Assembly (NCBI GenBank): GCA_002104945.1
Contig: MCFH01000030.1
Span: forward strand, 62,001-126,000
Length of the DNA: 64,000 nucleotides
Source of the DNA: Piromyces finnis finn
Lineage: Eukaryota > Fungi > Neocallimastigomycota
Direction of reading: 5' to 3'
Below the pieces are notes generated by a model. The model saw only the letters and a program-made list of their open reading frames with translations. It had not been told where the DNA came from and made no database searches. This document shows positions 26,425 through 44,590 of the stretch, in pieces. The translations under genes and the position numbers were made by a program. Numbering within the stretch: position 1 is the stretch's first letter; each line of letters opens with the position of its first letter.

Positions 26425-26824
26425 AATCATTAAATATTAATAGTAACAAAATTTTGATAAAAAATAATTAAATAAATCCAATATACTGAAAAAAAAAATA
26501 ATAATAATAAAAAGAAACAAATTAATACAACAATTAATTATATAAATTTATACATAAATAGAATTTTAAAAAATTAATACTATTGATTAATAATTGCATC
26601 TGTCTTTTGTATTAAAAATAATTAGGTAGTAATATAATTAGCATAATAAATTTTATTTAATAAATAATAAATTTTAATATTATTGTTAATATTTTATAAA
26701 TATTTTTAATAATATTTCTATTAAAATAATTAAGTAGTAAGTTTGAGTTTATAAAATTTTAAAATATTATTTTAAGATAGTTTTATTTTACAGTATTAAA
26801 ATTCTAAATTCTTAACAAGAATTT

Positions 26825-28523
26825 TTACCATCCTAAAGATTTTGATGGAAAACTAAATTGTCTTGAAGCATAATAATTATCTTGTGGTTGAGGAATATAG
26901 GAACTATATGTAGTAACATCTTCTTCATCGGATGAATCATCTGCAGGGACAATAGCTTTCTTTGGTGAAGAGCCAGGGAAATCATCAGGAATGTCACCTA
27001 AAACATTATTTAATAAGAAATTGCTATCTTTTTTCAATTCTTTAAGTCTTTCTTCTTCTTCTCTCTTAAGTTGTTTTTCTTTCTTTTTTTCATTTGCAGT
27101 TAATATTGCTAAATGAGCGACACAGTTCATTAATTCAATCTTTCCTTTCCATTTATAATCTTTTATAGAATGATTAGTATCAGTATATTTAATGTTAACA
27201 ATAGAAAATTTATAAATTCCTGTATTTTTAGGGAAACCATATTGTTCTTCACAGCATGGTTTAAAGTTTAATTCTTCAGATAAATGTTTCATTAAATTTT
27301 TAATGAAACCACCGTGAGTGACAATTAAAATTTTAAACATTCTGAATTTTCTTGTTTTTTTATTATTGCAAGCTTCAACGTTTTGTTGAATTGCTGTTTG
27401 TAATAATGAAGCATTTTGAATCTGTTTATTTAATAAAATATCTTTTGGATTACTATAATCATAATCCATTCCTGAAATGCTATAACAAGATGAACTATTA
27501 CTTAAAGATGAGTTCTTAATAAGATTAGCAAGATTACTGTATGAAGAGCTTTTACTTACTGAATTATTTTTTGATTCTTCATCGTCATCTAATGCTAATG
27601 AGTGAAGATCATCAAATGAGGTAATACTTAACTCATTGACAGAATAAAAAGTGTTTGAACGACTTAAAGTTTTGGTTTGAATATTATTAGCTTCAATAAC
27701 ATATTTATCAACAAGGTAAGAATAAAATTGAACTACACGTTCATAAAATTTTTCAGATGTCTCACCTTTTTCTTCTAAGGCCTTTTCAAAAGAAATATTT
27801 CTTTCATTTAAAACTTCTTTACACTTTTGCCATGTCATTCCTTGGAATTCACCAACATCCTAAAATCATTTCAATTTTTTTATATCATAAATATAATATT
27901 AAATATTTAAATGAGTTTATTAATTAATATACTATTATTATTTTAATATATTATATGTATTTATTATACTAACTTGTTCTCTTAAATCATGTGTATATAC
28001 AACAGGTGTTTCTTTGTGATACTCTAGAATTTGTTCTACTGTCTTTAATTAATTGAATTACAAAAGGTTAGATTCAATTAATATTTACATAATATAAAAT
28101 ATAGATTTGATTAAAAATACTATATCATACTGTTTTAGCTCTTAATAAATCACTTGAATAAATAATATCATATTTTTCTTTTCTGAGTCTATGAGCTAAA
28201 GCTTTTGCTTGTTCCATACCTTCTTCATTAATATCGATATCTAAAAATTATATTAGATTTAATAATAATACTTATCATTTTTTTTAATAAAAATTTTATA
28301 TTAGTAATATAGTACCACATTGTCCTTGAAGAACTCTTGGCTTTTGTTTAGCATACTTTGTTGCTCCACTTTAATTATATAAATTTATATTTAAATTGTG
28401 GTATATTAGTAAATTTATTACTTATTTTCAATAGATTATTTTATTATTTTAATTTTTTTTTATAAAAAATACTAACTGTCTTACAACAGTGATTTGTAAG
28501 CAGATATCGTTTATTTTTTTCAT
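26825..28523 (-). CDS. Histidine phosphatase superfamily (phosphoglycerate mutase/TIGAR-like); 5 exons
   Basis: Spliced ITVVRH|GATKYAKQKPRVLQGQC|DIDINEEGMEQAKALA..SSDLLRAKQ|T..DLREQ|DVGEFQG, then ILIVTHGGFI and PKNTG. The RHG, R, E and HG catalytic signatures are all present. Confidence 0.88.
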
Positions 28524-29919
28524 TTTTAATTTCTGTTTTTTTTTTTTTTATATTTCTACAATTAAAATATAAAAGATAAAAAATAAATGAAGAAAAAAAA
28601 AAAAAAATAAAAAAAAAATTTATTTAATTTTAACAATATTTTTTTTAAAGTTTCTATTCCATTTATAAAATAAAAATATAATTGTGATATTAATATTTAA
28701 CAATAATACAATTAATTGGCAGAGATTAAATGAATAATGAATTTTATTTTAATATAATTTAAAAGTATAATCAATAATGTAATAATATAATTTTTAAAAT
28801 TATATATATTAAGATTATTATAATTAAACCTACCAAAAACAACTATTAATTATAATATTCATATTTAAATTATAGTTTCAATAATTATAAATGCATTAAA
28901 ATTTATCATCACTAATTAATTTCATTTTTTTTATAAATTATTATTAGAGAAGCCAAAAAAAAAAAAAAAAATAGTATATCTCAAAGCTTAAATATATATA
29001 ATTAATAATAATATGATAAATACTTATTTTTTTTTTTATTTTATTACATATCAAAAGAATTGGAGATTTTAATTAATCAAATAAGTAGTAAAAAATTAAT
29101 TTGAGTATTACTATCTGTTGTTAATAAGACTAAATAAATTCTGTTGTAACATCATTGAGTATTTTTTTTTATAAATATTAATATAATATCAATAATACCT
29201 TTATAAATATATTATAATATATGTATATGTTTTAATATTTAAAATATAAATTTTTTCTATTCTAAACTCATAATAAACATATAAAATTTTATATATTTAA
29301 AAAGAATATTTTCATTTCAAGTTTTTAAGTATTTGGCTCTATAGTTTTCTGAATAAATCTCAATTAAAAAATCCTATTCTAATCATTTGAAATTTTAATT
29401 ATAATTAAAATTATAAAAATGTTTTCACTTCTTTAAAGATTTTAATTTATTGGAATATATTACAATATGGAATGTAATATATTATTTATTAGTTTTTATT
29501 TGGTGTATAATTAAGATAAAATGAATTATTTAATATATTTTTCCTATTTTAATTTATAATTTCATTTTTTCAAATTTATATCTTATTTTTATTTATTTTA
29601 TAAAATTTTCAATAAGAGTGTAATAAGATTTAAAATATATAAAAATAATATACCAAATACTAAAATACTATGCATTAATAAAGAAAAATATTAATATGCA
29701 TCAATACATTAAAGAACAATAGATAATTAAATTATATATTATAATAATTGATTTATAATTTTAAACTCAAATTTCATCTTTAAGAGTTTAATAAACGAAA
29801 ATATTATATATATTTTAAAAATAAAATAAAACAAAAACAAAAGATAAAATCAAAAAATAATAAAATAAAATAAAAAAAATAAATAAATTTAAATAGTGAA
29901 TTAATAATTTATATTTAAA

Positions 29920-35442
<5,523 letters not shown>

Positions 35443-36007
35443 ATTATCGTTTCTTATCAATACATGCAAAGCCATAACATATTTAATAAAATAAGCATAT
35501 TTTTTTTTAAAGAATAATAACAAATAATATTATATAAAGAATAGCTTTTTATTAAATTAATTATATATCTTTATTAACATTTATTATTGTTATTGAATAA
35601 TATAAAATAAAATAAATTAACTAAAATAAAAATGTATAAATAAATCATAAATAATATTTAAATATTTATTATTATTCCTTTTAAAATTATAATTATTTAT
35701 TAATCTTCATAACTTTCATAATTATTAATTTAAAAAAGTAAAAAAGTAAGAACAATAATTCAAATTAAAATTTATCCAATCATAATACGAAATCATATAT
35801 AATATAATTGTATTTTATTCTATTAAAATATATATAAACTTTTAAAAATATAATTAATTTTCACATATTACAATATAATATAATATATGTATTATTAAAT
35901 AAAACAGAATCTAAAATTTTTTTTTGAAATGTAGAATAAATCAAGAAAAATAGTTGTAAATATTTTTTTTAATATTGTAATTTATTGCAAAAATATTAAA
36001 ATATAAA

Positions 36008-37553
36008 ATGAATAAGAATACCTGGAGTAACCCAACTGATTGTAAAAAGTTTGATACTGCTGAAGACGTTCAAGTCCTTATTGATGATATCAATGAAAAA
36101 TTTAAGGATGAAAAACTTTTAACTATCGATCTTAGTGGTAACACTTTTGGTATTGAAGCTTCTCAAGCTCTTGCTTCTTGCCTTGCCAAGAGAGATGAAA
36201 TTGAAGTAAGATACATATAATATGATTTTATTATCATCATCATCATTATATTTAGTATTTTTTTTTGAAACAATAAGTTTTGAAAATTAAAGAAAACTAT
36301 AATTGAATAGTTAAAATAATTCAATTATTATGATTAATTATGATTAGTATAAATAATTTTTTTTTTTAAAGCTACAAGTTAATCAAAAAAAAAAAAAAAA
36401 ACTTATAACTTTTTTAAAAAAAATACTTTTTTTCTTACTTATAAAAAATTAACATTATTTTTTAAATTATCAAGCTAAATAATATATTATAAATGGAATG
36501 TCAATTTATTCTTTGTTTCAAAATAATTAACATTTATGTTCTTATACTCTTTATATTTTTATATGATATTTTATTTAAATAATCGGATTTATTATAAATT
36601 AAAAGGTTGTTAATATGAGTGATTGTTTTACTGGTAGAATGTTAGAAGAAATTCCACCAGCTTTAATTGCTTTTGGTGATGCTTTAGCTGACAAGAAAAA
36701 TTTAAAGGAATTAAATTTAAGTGATAATGCTTTTGGTCCAAACGGTGCTAAACCATTACAAAAATTATTATCAAACAACAATTATATTCAAATTTTAAAG
36801 TTAAACAACAATGGTTTAGGTATTGAAGGTGGTAATTGCATTGCTAGTTATTTATTAGCTGCTCAAGAAAAGAATGTTAAGGAAAACAAAACTTCTTCTC
36901 TTCATACTTTAATTGCTGGTAGAAATCGTTTAGAAAATGGATCCATGGAAAAACTTTCTGAAGCTCTTGCAGCTCATGGTAATATTAAGACCCTTAGCAT
37001 TCCACAAAACGGTATTCGTGCTGAAGGTATTTCTTTATTATTAAATAATCTTAAGACTTGTAAGGATTTAGAAGTTTTAGATTTACAAGATAATACATTT
37101 GAAAAAGCTACTGATGATGATGAAGAAATTCCAGAATCAGATGGTTCTACTGCTTTAGCTGATGCTTTACCATCTTGGCCAAAATTAAAGGTTATTAATG
37201 TCGGTGACTGTTTATTAGGTAAGAATGGTGGTAAGATTATTGATGCTTTAGCTTCTGGCTTTAACAATCTTGAAGAAATTAACTTTACTTATGGTGAACT
37301 TGTTGAAAAGGATGCCTTAGCATTCTCAAAATGTATTGCCAAATTACCAAGTCTTAAGAAGGTTGAACTTGATGGTAATGCTTTCAGTGCTACTGGTAAA
37401 GCTGTTGAAGCAATTAAACAAGCTTTAGAAGATTGTGGTAAGGATGAAGATGTCTTAGGAGAATTAGAAGATATGGATTATGATAGTGAAGAAGAAGAAG
37501 AAGACTCCGAAGTTGATGATATTGCTGACGATATAGATAACTTAAAGATCTAA
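36008..37553 (+). CDS. RNA1: Ran GTPase-activating protein (Rna1/RanGAP1); 2 exons
   Basis: LRRs with IDLSGNTFGIEA, |VVNMSDCFTGRMLEEIP, LNLSDNAFGP, LKLNNNGLG, IAGRNRLENGS, IPQNGIRAEG, LDLQDNTF; acidic C-terminal tail. Confidence 0.96.
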
Positions 37554-37876
37554 ATTTAAAACAATCACATTTTATTATCATCATTATCATTTTATTATAA
37601 ATAACCAATTTAAAAAAAAAAATTGAAAAAACTATAATAATACTATTTTTATTTTATAATCAATAATAATTTATAATTACTTAAAACATTAATATTAATA
37701 GTTATAGTAATACTATTACAAATAGTAAAATAATAAAAAAATAATAATAAAAAAAAAAAAAAATAAAAAATAAAAAATTTAAAATTTAAAAGAATAATTG
37801 TGTATTGAATTTTGATGTTTAATTATTTTTTTTTTTTATTTAATAAAACTTTTAAATATACAAATATTCTATTCTT

Positions 37877-39780
37877 TTAACTTTTTATTTTGTAAGTTAT
37901 AAAACCTACATTAAAGTTGTTAAAGATACGTTGATCTTCTGATATTGTTTTGTTACTTTGATTAAGATAGTTCATTAATTCTTGACAACAACTATCATCA
38001 TATGTTAGTATGTCACATTGATTAGTATCTGACCATTGTCTAATTTTATATCAAAATTAATAATAAATAATTATAAAATATCAGTATTGAATTATTTATC
38101 TATTATCATTTTTTAGTTTTTTTTTTAAATATAATTACTTTATTAAAGGTGAATTTTCATTCTTTCTGCAGTCAATAAATAACAATTTTACGGCTATTTA
38201 ATAAATAATTAAAATAAAAATGATTATTAACACCTTGTTTTATATATATATTTTAATATATAAATATTTACCTTTGGATGAAATATTTTCGTCTTTGAAA
38301 TTATTTGTTGAAATATAAATATTCCAATTTATTAACCATATTAAGCCATAGAGCTCCTCTTTTTCATTTTTAACCATAAATTTGAAACTAGCATGTGAAT
38401 TGGCATATTCAAATAGATCAATAACAAAGCATTCAACAAAGTTTATTTTGTCAAATCTTGAAACCTTATTTGTTTCACTTAAAATTATATATATAAAAAA
38501 ATAAAAAAAGATTATTATATTATTAATTTCTTTTTTTTTATTTATATGATTTAAACTAATTTATATTAATTATTACCTCGAATGCATATCAATATTTAAT
38601 TTATATTTGTGGAGTTTTATTGCTACAACTTCATCTATTTTTATTTTATATATTTTATATTCAAATATTTAATTATTAAAATATTTTGAAATATTGCTTG
38701 CTTATTTATAATAATTTACCATCTATAGAAGTATTGACTAAGGCAAAACCAAGATTCTGCTCACATTGTTTACAATTAATTTCTTTCCAAATGTATTTCA
38801 GTGTTTGCTATTTTTTTTATAATAATAATAAAATAAATAAATAAATACATAAAAAATAAATAAATTAGTTATTTAGAGTAAAATTAATCAAAGTAAAATA
38901 AAATGATAAATAAATAATGATAGTAATGTAGCTTTTGGTAGTAGCTTAAAAATACAGAGCTTGTGTATTAAAAGTTGTTTCATCCAAATCATATTTTATT
39001 ATTGGAAGATTGTATCAACAATTTAATATAGCATTTTTTGTAATAAAAAAAATCAACAAAAAAGCTCTATATCCATTTTATATCTTTTAAATGGCTGTTT
39101 TCTTTATCTTCCGTATTGTATTTTTTTTTTTTTCTTCTTATAATAAATATGTATATAGAATTAATAATTACCTTTACTTCGTAATTTTTTATAATAAAAG
39201 AATTTTTTATAATATTATTCGGATGTAATATAAAAAATGTTCTTCCAATTAGAATTTCATTATTTTTCGCTGCTAGGGAGCCAATACCAATTTGTCCTTC
39301 AAATCTTGATATGTCAGAGGGAACGCATAACCAACAATCCATCATTTCAAACCAATGGTCAGAAGGAAGATCTACAATTCGTTTAAAATTTTTTATTTGA
39401 TGATCTGAACCTTCTGATGGTTTAGTAAATATATTAAGATGTTGATTACATTTAGAACAGTAAAGCTGACTAATGTTTTTTAATACTTTTGAATCATAAA
39501 TTATTGGTGTACTATTTATTGAAATGTCTTTAACTTTAAACCATTCCTTTTCTGTTTTTAATTTTAAGATAACGGTATTTTCAGTTTCAGATATTCTTAA
39601 TGATGAGGGTATAATCTTAAAAGGAAAAGTAATGATATTTTTTTTTGAATTATCTATATCCGAAAAAAAAGCTAGAGAAAAAGTATTAATTGATAGATCA
39701 GGTGGAACATCTCTTACAAAAAGTGTTATAGAGAGGGTATTAATATTAGGTAGAAATTCAGAATAATATTTTATAGACAT
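37877..39780 (-). CDS. IPA1: Ipa1/UBE3D-like protein (HECT_2 family); multi-exon
   Basis: MSIKYYSEFLPNINTLSI resembles the Ipa1 N-terminus. Also LYCSKC, LPSDHWFEMMDCWLC, IGRTFFIL and a second CxxC (INCKQCEQNLG). The last exon ends FNVGFITYKIKS* at 37877. Confidence 0.78.
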
Positions 39781-40451
39781 TTTTTTTTTTTAAAAAAAGA
39801 AAAAATCAAATTTTATTAGGCATCATATAGAATATATATATTTTATATTATAGAAGTTATTTTAAATTATTGAATGGTTCAAAAATGTTATATATTTATA
39901 TTTGTGGTATAAATTAATTAAAAAATAGTAATTATTTTCTTCTATTTTATATGTATTTTATTTTTATTAAATTATAAAATTTTGAACTACTTTTTTTTTT
40001 TTTTTTAAATTTTTTCTATTCTAATAATTAATTAATTAATTAATAAAATTATTTCTTTCGTATAATTGGTTAATATATTTATTTTTTGATTAACATAAAA
40101 ATTTATTATTATTATTATTATATAAATAAAAAATAAGATATTACAATGAAAATGAAATAACAAATTTAAAGTAAAAAATAATTATATACATGTTTTTAAA
40201 TATTTTTTTTTTTTAAAAAAAGAAAATAAAATAATAAAAAATATATATATACTTTATTCTATCTACTGGTTATTATAAATTAAGCATTTAAATATTTAAT
40301 TGTTATTGTAAATTATATAAATAAAAAAATACTGTAAAATTTGTATTTAAAACAAAACAAAATAAAAATAAAGAATAATAATAATAATAATAAAAAGAAT
40401 TGTTAATAATAATAGACTTCTATATAAAATAAACAATATATATTATTTATT

Positions 40452-42620
40452 TTATTTTTTGACTGTCTTATTTTTAATTAAACTTGGCAGATTTATGGAT
40501 GTGTTTTTTGTTTCCTTTATTTTTACAATAGGTTGAAGGATTTTTGGAAGGTTAATTATTCTTCTTGGACTTTCAGATATTTTATTAGATCTAGAATAAT
40601 TTGGTGGGATTGGTGGTGGCAATTGTCGATTTAAGGATATAGCTAGTTTTGAATTTGTTTTTATATTATTTATAAAGTCACTTTTTGATTCTTTTAGAGC
40701 GGTATCAGATTTCATCAGTGATGAAAAGGAAGCATGATCTGATGATAATGCAACTGCTGTTGAAGCTTCTGATAAAGAAACAAATGATTGAGGTTGTTTA
40801 TGGGATCCCATTGATTCAGATATTAAATTGCCTTCAGACAAAGAAGGTTTTGGATATTCTTCTACTTCATTTGTATTTGGATTGGGCTTTTCTATAACAT
40901 GGTATTTATGAGCTCTTATATTTCCTGAAGTTTTCTTTTTAAAATTATTTATTTTATCATTTAATTCAGTGGTATTGCTACTTTTTATTTTTTCAATATT
41001 TGAAGAATTATTTAAAAATTTGACATCTTCTATTAATGAAGGCATATCACTAGATTCCTGATTATTTTTTGAAGATGGTAACTCTTCTATATTGGTATTA
41101 TCATCTATTTGTTTTTTTATTTTTGGTAATAAATTCATACCTTTTGGTATATTATTTAAAGCTTGTATTAATATATCTTGATCGGTATTATCATTAGATG
41201 TATTTAGGCTATCTACTTTTTCTAAATTTGTTGATTTATGTATTATATTATTTTCTATAATATATATATATTTTTAATTTATGAATAAGAAAAGTAAAAA
41301 CGATATCATTAGTTAAGATAATAATCAGTATTTATTACTTTATATATTTATAATCACAGTAGTTATATTATTCGGTTTTTTTTCTCTTTAAAAGCTTACC
41401 TGATAATGATGTTAGGAGACCAGTTCCTTTAAAGGCTTCAGATAATGTTTTTTCTTTTTAATGTTGAAAGATATATTAATTTCAGATTCGTTTTTATATT
41501 TTAGTTTAATGATATGGTATATTATAGGTAATAATAGCTATATTAATTACTATTTACCTGAGCATGCTTTTTGAAGACGTTCTATTTCTGAGTGTAAACA
41601 TGATAAAGTTTCAGAATGTTGTGTTTGTAATTGTTTTATTGTTTTTTCAAGTGAATTAATTTTAGCTATGGCCTTTCTATATTCATTACTTTTCAGTACA
41701 ATATCTTTTTCATTAATAGAATTTTCTGTTTGTGGAATTAACGGTTTTTTTAATCTTAATTGAGAACTATTTCTATTAATAGTGTAATCATTTTGTTTGT
41801 ATCTTTCTATATGATTAGTAGAATCGCTTTGTGATGATATATTTTTCCGTATATCAGTCTTAACACTTTTTTTAGAATTTTGGCTTAGTGTTTTATTCAA
41901 TGGAGGAGTATTTCTTGTGGGATTAGATGATTTATATGAAGTTTTTTTATTTTCTTTTAGTGATAATGAATTATTAATATTCATTTTTCTATGTTGACTT
42001 GATGATGAATTAGTAGAATGAAAATGATTATTACTATTATCATTATTATTATTATTATTACTTATAGTTACTTTAGTTTCTGTTGATGTTAATGGATTTA
42101 CTGAATTTTTAGATGATGTATTTGTAGATGATATTCTTTGTCTCGATTTTAAAGATGAATTAATTGGTGGTGATGGTTTTTGTATTTTTTGCAAAGAAGT
42201 AGAATTTTTTTCCGAGTAAAGATGAGAGCTTCGATCATTTTTTAATTTCTTTTTTGTGTCCTGTGAAGTTAATGATAATGAGGATGTAATTTTTTCTTTT
42301 TTTATTTCAGATAGCGTTTTATTTGGCGTATTTGTATTTTCTTTTTCTTCTATTTTGATTGAATCCTTACTTATTTTTTTATTTAAGGTTTTAGGAATAT
42401 TGGATATGGAGTTTTTTGAAGAAAATATAATTGTGGAATTACTTTTGTATATATCATTAACTAATTTCGACTCCTGACATAAATCAATATCTGAATTATT
42501 CAATGTTACATCGGAAAGTTTTGACTCAGGTCCAGCTTTATTGAATGGCTTTATTGGATTTGATTCTAGATCTTTATTATCTGTTATAAAATTCTTTTTT
42601 ATTGTAATATTTTTTTTCAT
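40452..42620 (-). CDS. Low-complexity Ser/Asn/Lys-rich protein with a CCDC92/CCDC74-type coiled-coil domain; 3 exons
   Basis: AKINSLEKTIKQLQTQHSETLSCLHSEIERLQKACS matches the recalled CCDC92/74 consensus (LE..I.FLQ..H..TL.GLH.EI.RLQ..C). It splices in frame through EKTLSEAFKGTGLLTSLS to the exon ending at 40452. The start at MKKN (42620) is uncertain. Confidence 0.62.
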
Positions 42621-44495
42621 GTTTTTTAAAAGTACCAATATAAAATTTTCAAATAATTATATATAATATAGTAATATCTTTTATTTTCTTTAAGGTAATA
42701 CAAAAATCCATAAATTGGATATTATAATTAGTATTTATAAATATAAAGGTATAAATATAATTATATAGTATTAAAATATTTAAAATATATCTAAATTTAT
42801 TACCTAATTTTCCTATTTACTTTATTAAACAATTATTATTACATAATAATCATAATAATAATAATAATAATGAGATTTACAATAAATGAAATAAAAATAT
42901 ATTACTTTATAGAAAAAAAAATAATTTAATAATTGTATTTTAAAGGTTTATAAAAAAATAAAGATTTTTATGTTAATTTTAGAATAAACTATAATATGGT
43001 AATTTTAATTATTATGATTTTTTTAATTAAAAGGAATTTTTTTTTTTTTTTCCTTAACTTTTTAAATAAAATAAAAATTATTATAAAAACCATTGTTTCA
43101 TTTTATTTATATTATAAAATAATGCTAGTATTGAATATAATTTACTTTTAATATATTTTAATATTACTTCCTTTTTATGAATGTATATGAATTATAATTA
43201 CGCCTCTTATTTTTCATTATCATTATTTAAAAGAGTAATGTTATCAATTATTTCTTTCAAATTTAAATATGTATAAATATTTATTTTCATTATATTCAAG
43301 TAACTTGATTTAATACATCATTATATATATATTAAATATATTAATTTAATAAAATATTAATGATAAATATATAATGATAAAGTTTAAAAATATTATTGAA
43401 TATTAAATCCCATTATAAAATAAACCTCAATTTATTTAAATGAAAGCTAAAAGAAAAATGAATATATGGAATATGAAGATTATAATAATATTTATTAAAT
43501 ATGGGTAATAATAATCTTTTATATTTTATTTCTAAGTGGAAATTTTAGATAATAGAAACTATAATTTATATTGTATTGTTAAAATTAAACTGAACTAAAA
43601 ATATTAAAAGAAAAAAGAAGGTATTATACAAATTATACTATTATTATCTATATTATTATGCTTAAAAATATTTATATTTTTATATATAATTTGTTTTTTA
43701 AACATATACATTCATTTAAAACTATACCTAATATATTACAAATATTAGAGATTCATTGTTTTTTCTCCATTAAAATAAAAATGGAATATTTTATTTTGAT
43801 GTATCAATACATAAAAAAATAATGTATTGTTTGTTTGTTAATATTGGTCTTTTTTATTTAATTTCAAAAAAGTACATATTTATGTATATTCGAAATTTAT
43901 AATATATATTTAAAATAAGTGTTTTTTTTTCTTAAATTTTCTATTAATCAATATTCAATTTGTTATTAAATAATTGTAATTAATATCTTAATATAAATAG
44001 TTTACCTATAACTAATTATGCTTTTAATACCTTTAATTATATTATTATAATTATTATTATGAAAAAAAGTTCATCATATTAATTTGCATTTTTAAAATAT
44101 TTTTGTTGTGTCGATGATGTGGAATTTAATCCACCATTTATTTAATTTTTAATTTATGTATTTGAATTTAATTTCCAAAAATTTCTTTTACTCTAAATAG
44201 TAAACAAAAATAAATTAATTTTTTAAAAAAAAATATAAAAACGTTTTTTTTCTCTACTTTTTTTTTCTTTTTTTTTTTTTCTAAGTATTAATTTTTTATA
44301 TCAGCAATATTTGATTCTTAGAACCAAAATAAATATTTTCTTTAACAATAATATAACATATATAAAAAATTAAATAATACAATCTAAAACCAATTTTTAT
44401 TTTTTACCAATACAAAAAAAAAATAAACGAAACAAACAAATAGTAATAATATAAAAAATAAAAAGTAATTATAAATATATAATTTTAAAATTATA

Positions 44496-44541
44496 ATGGC
44501 TTCAGAAAAAGTGACTCTGTACTTATATGATTTATCAAGAG

Positions 44542-44590
<49 letters not shown>

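Noticed and set aside
44116-44137. Small hairpin ATGTGGA-atttaa-TCCACCAT upstream of the PPPDE gene
   Set aside because: Stem of only 5-7 bp with no other support; expected by chance.
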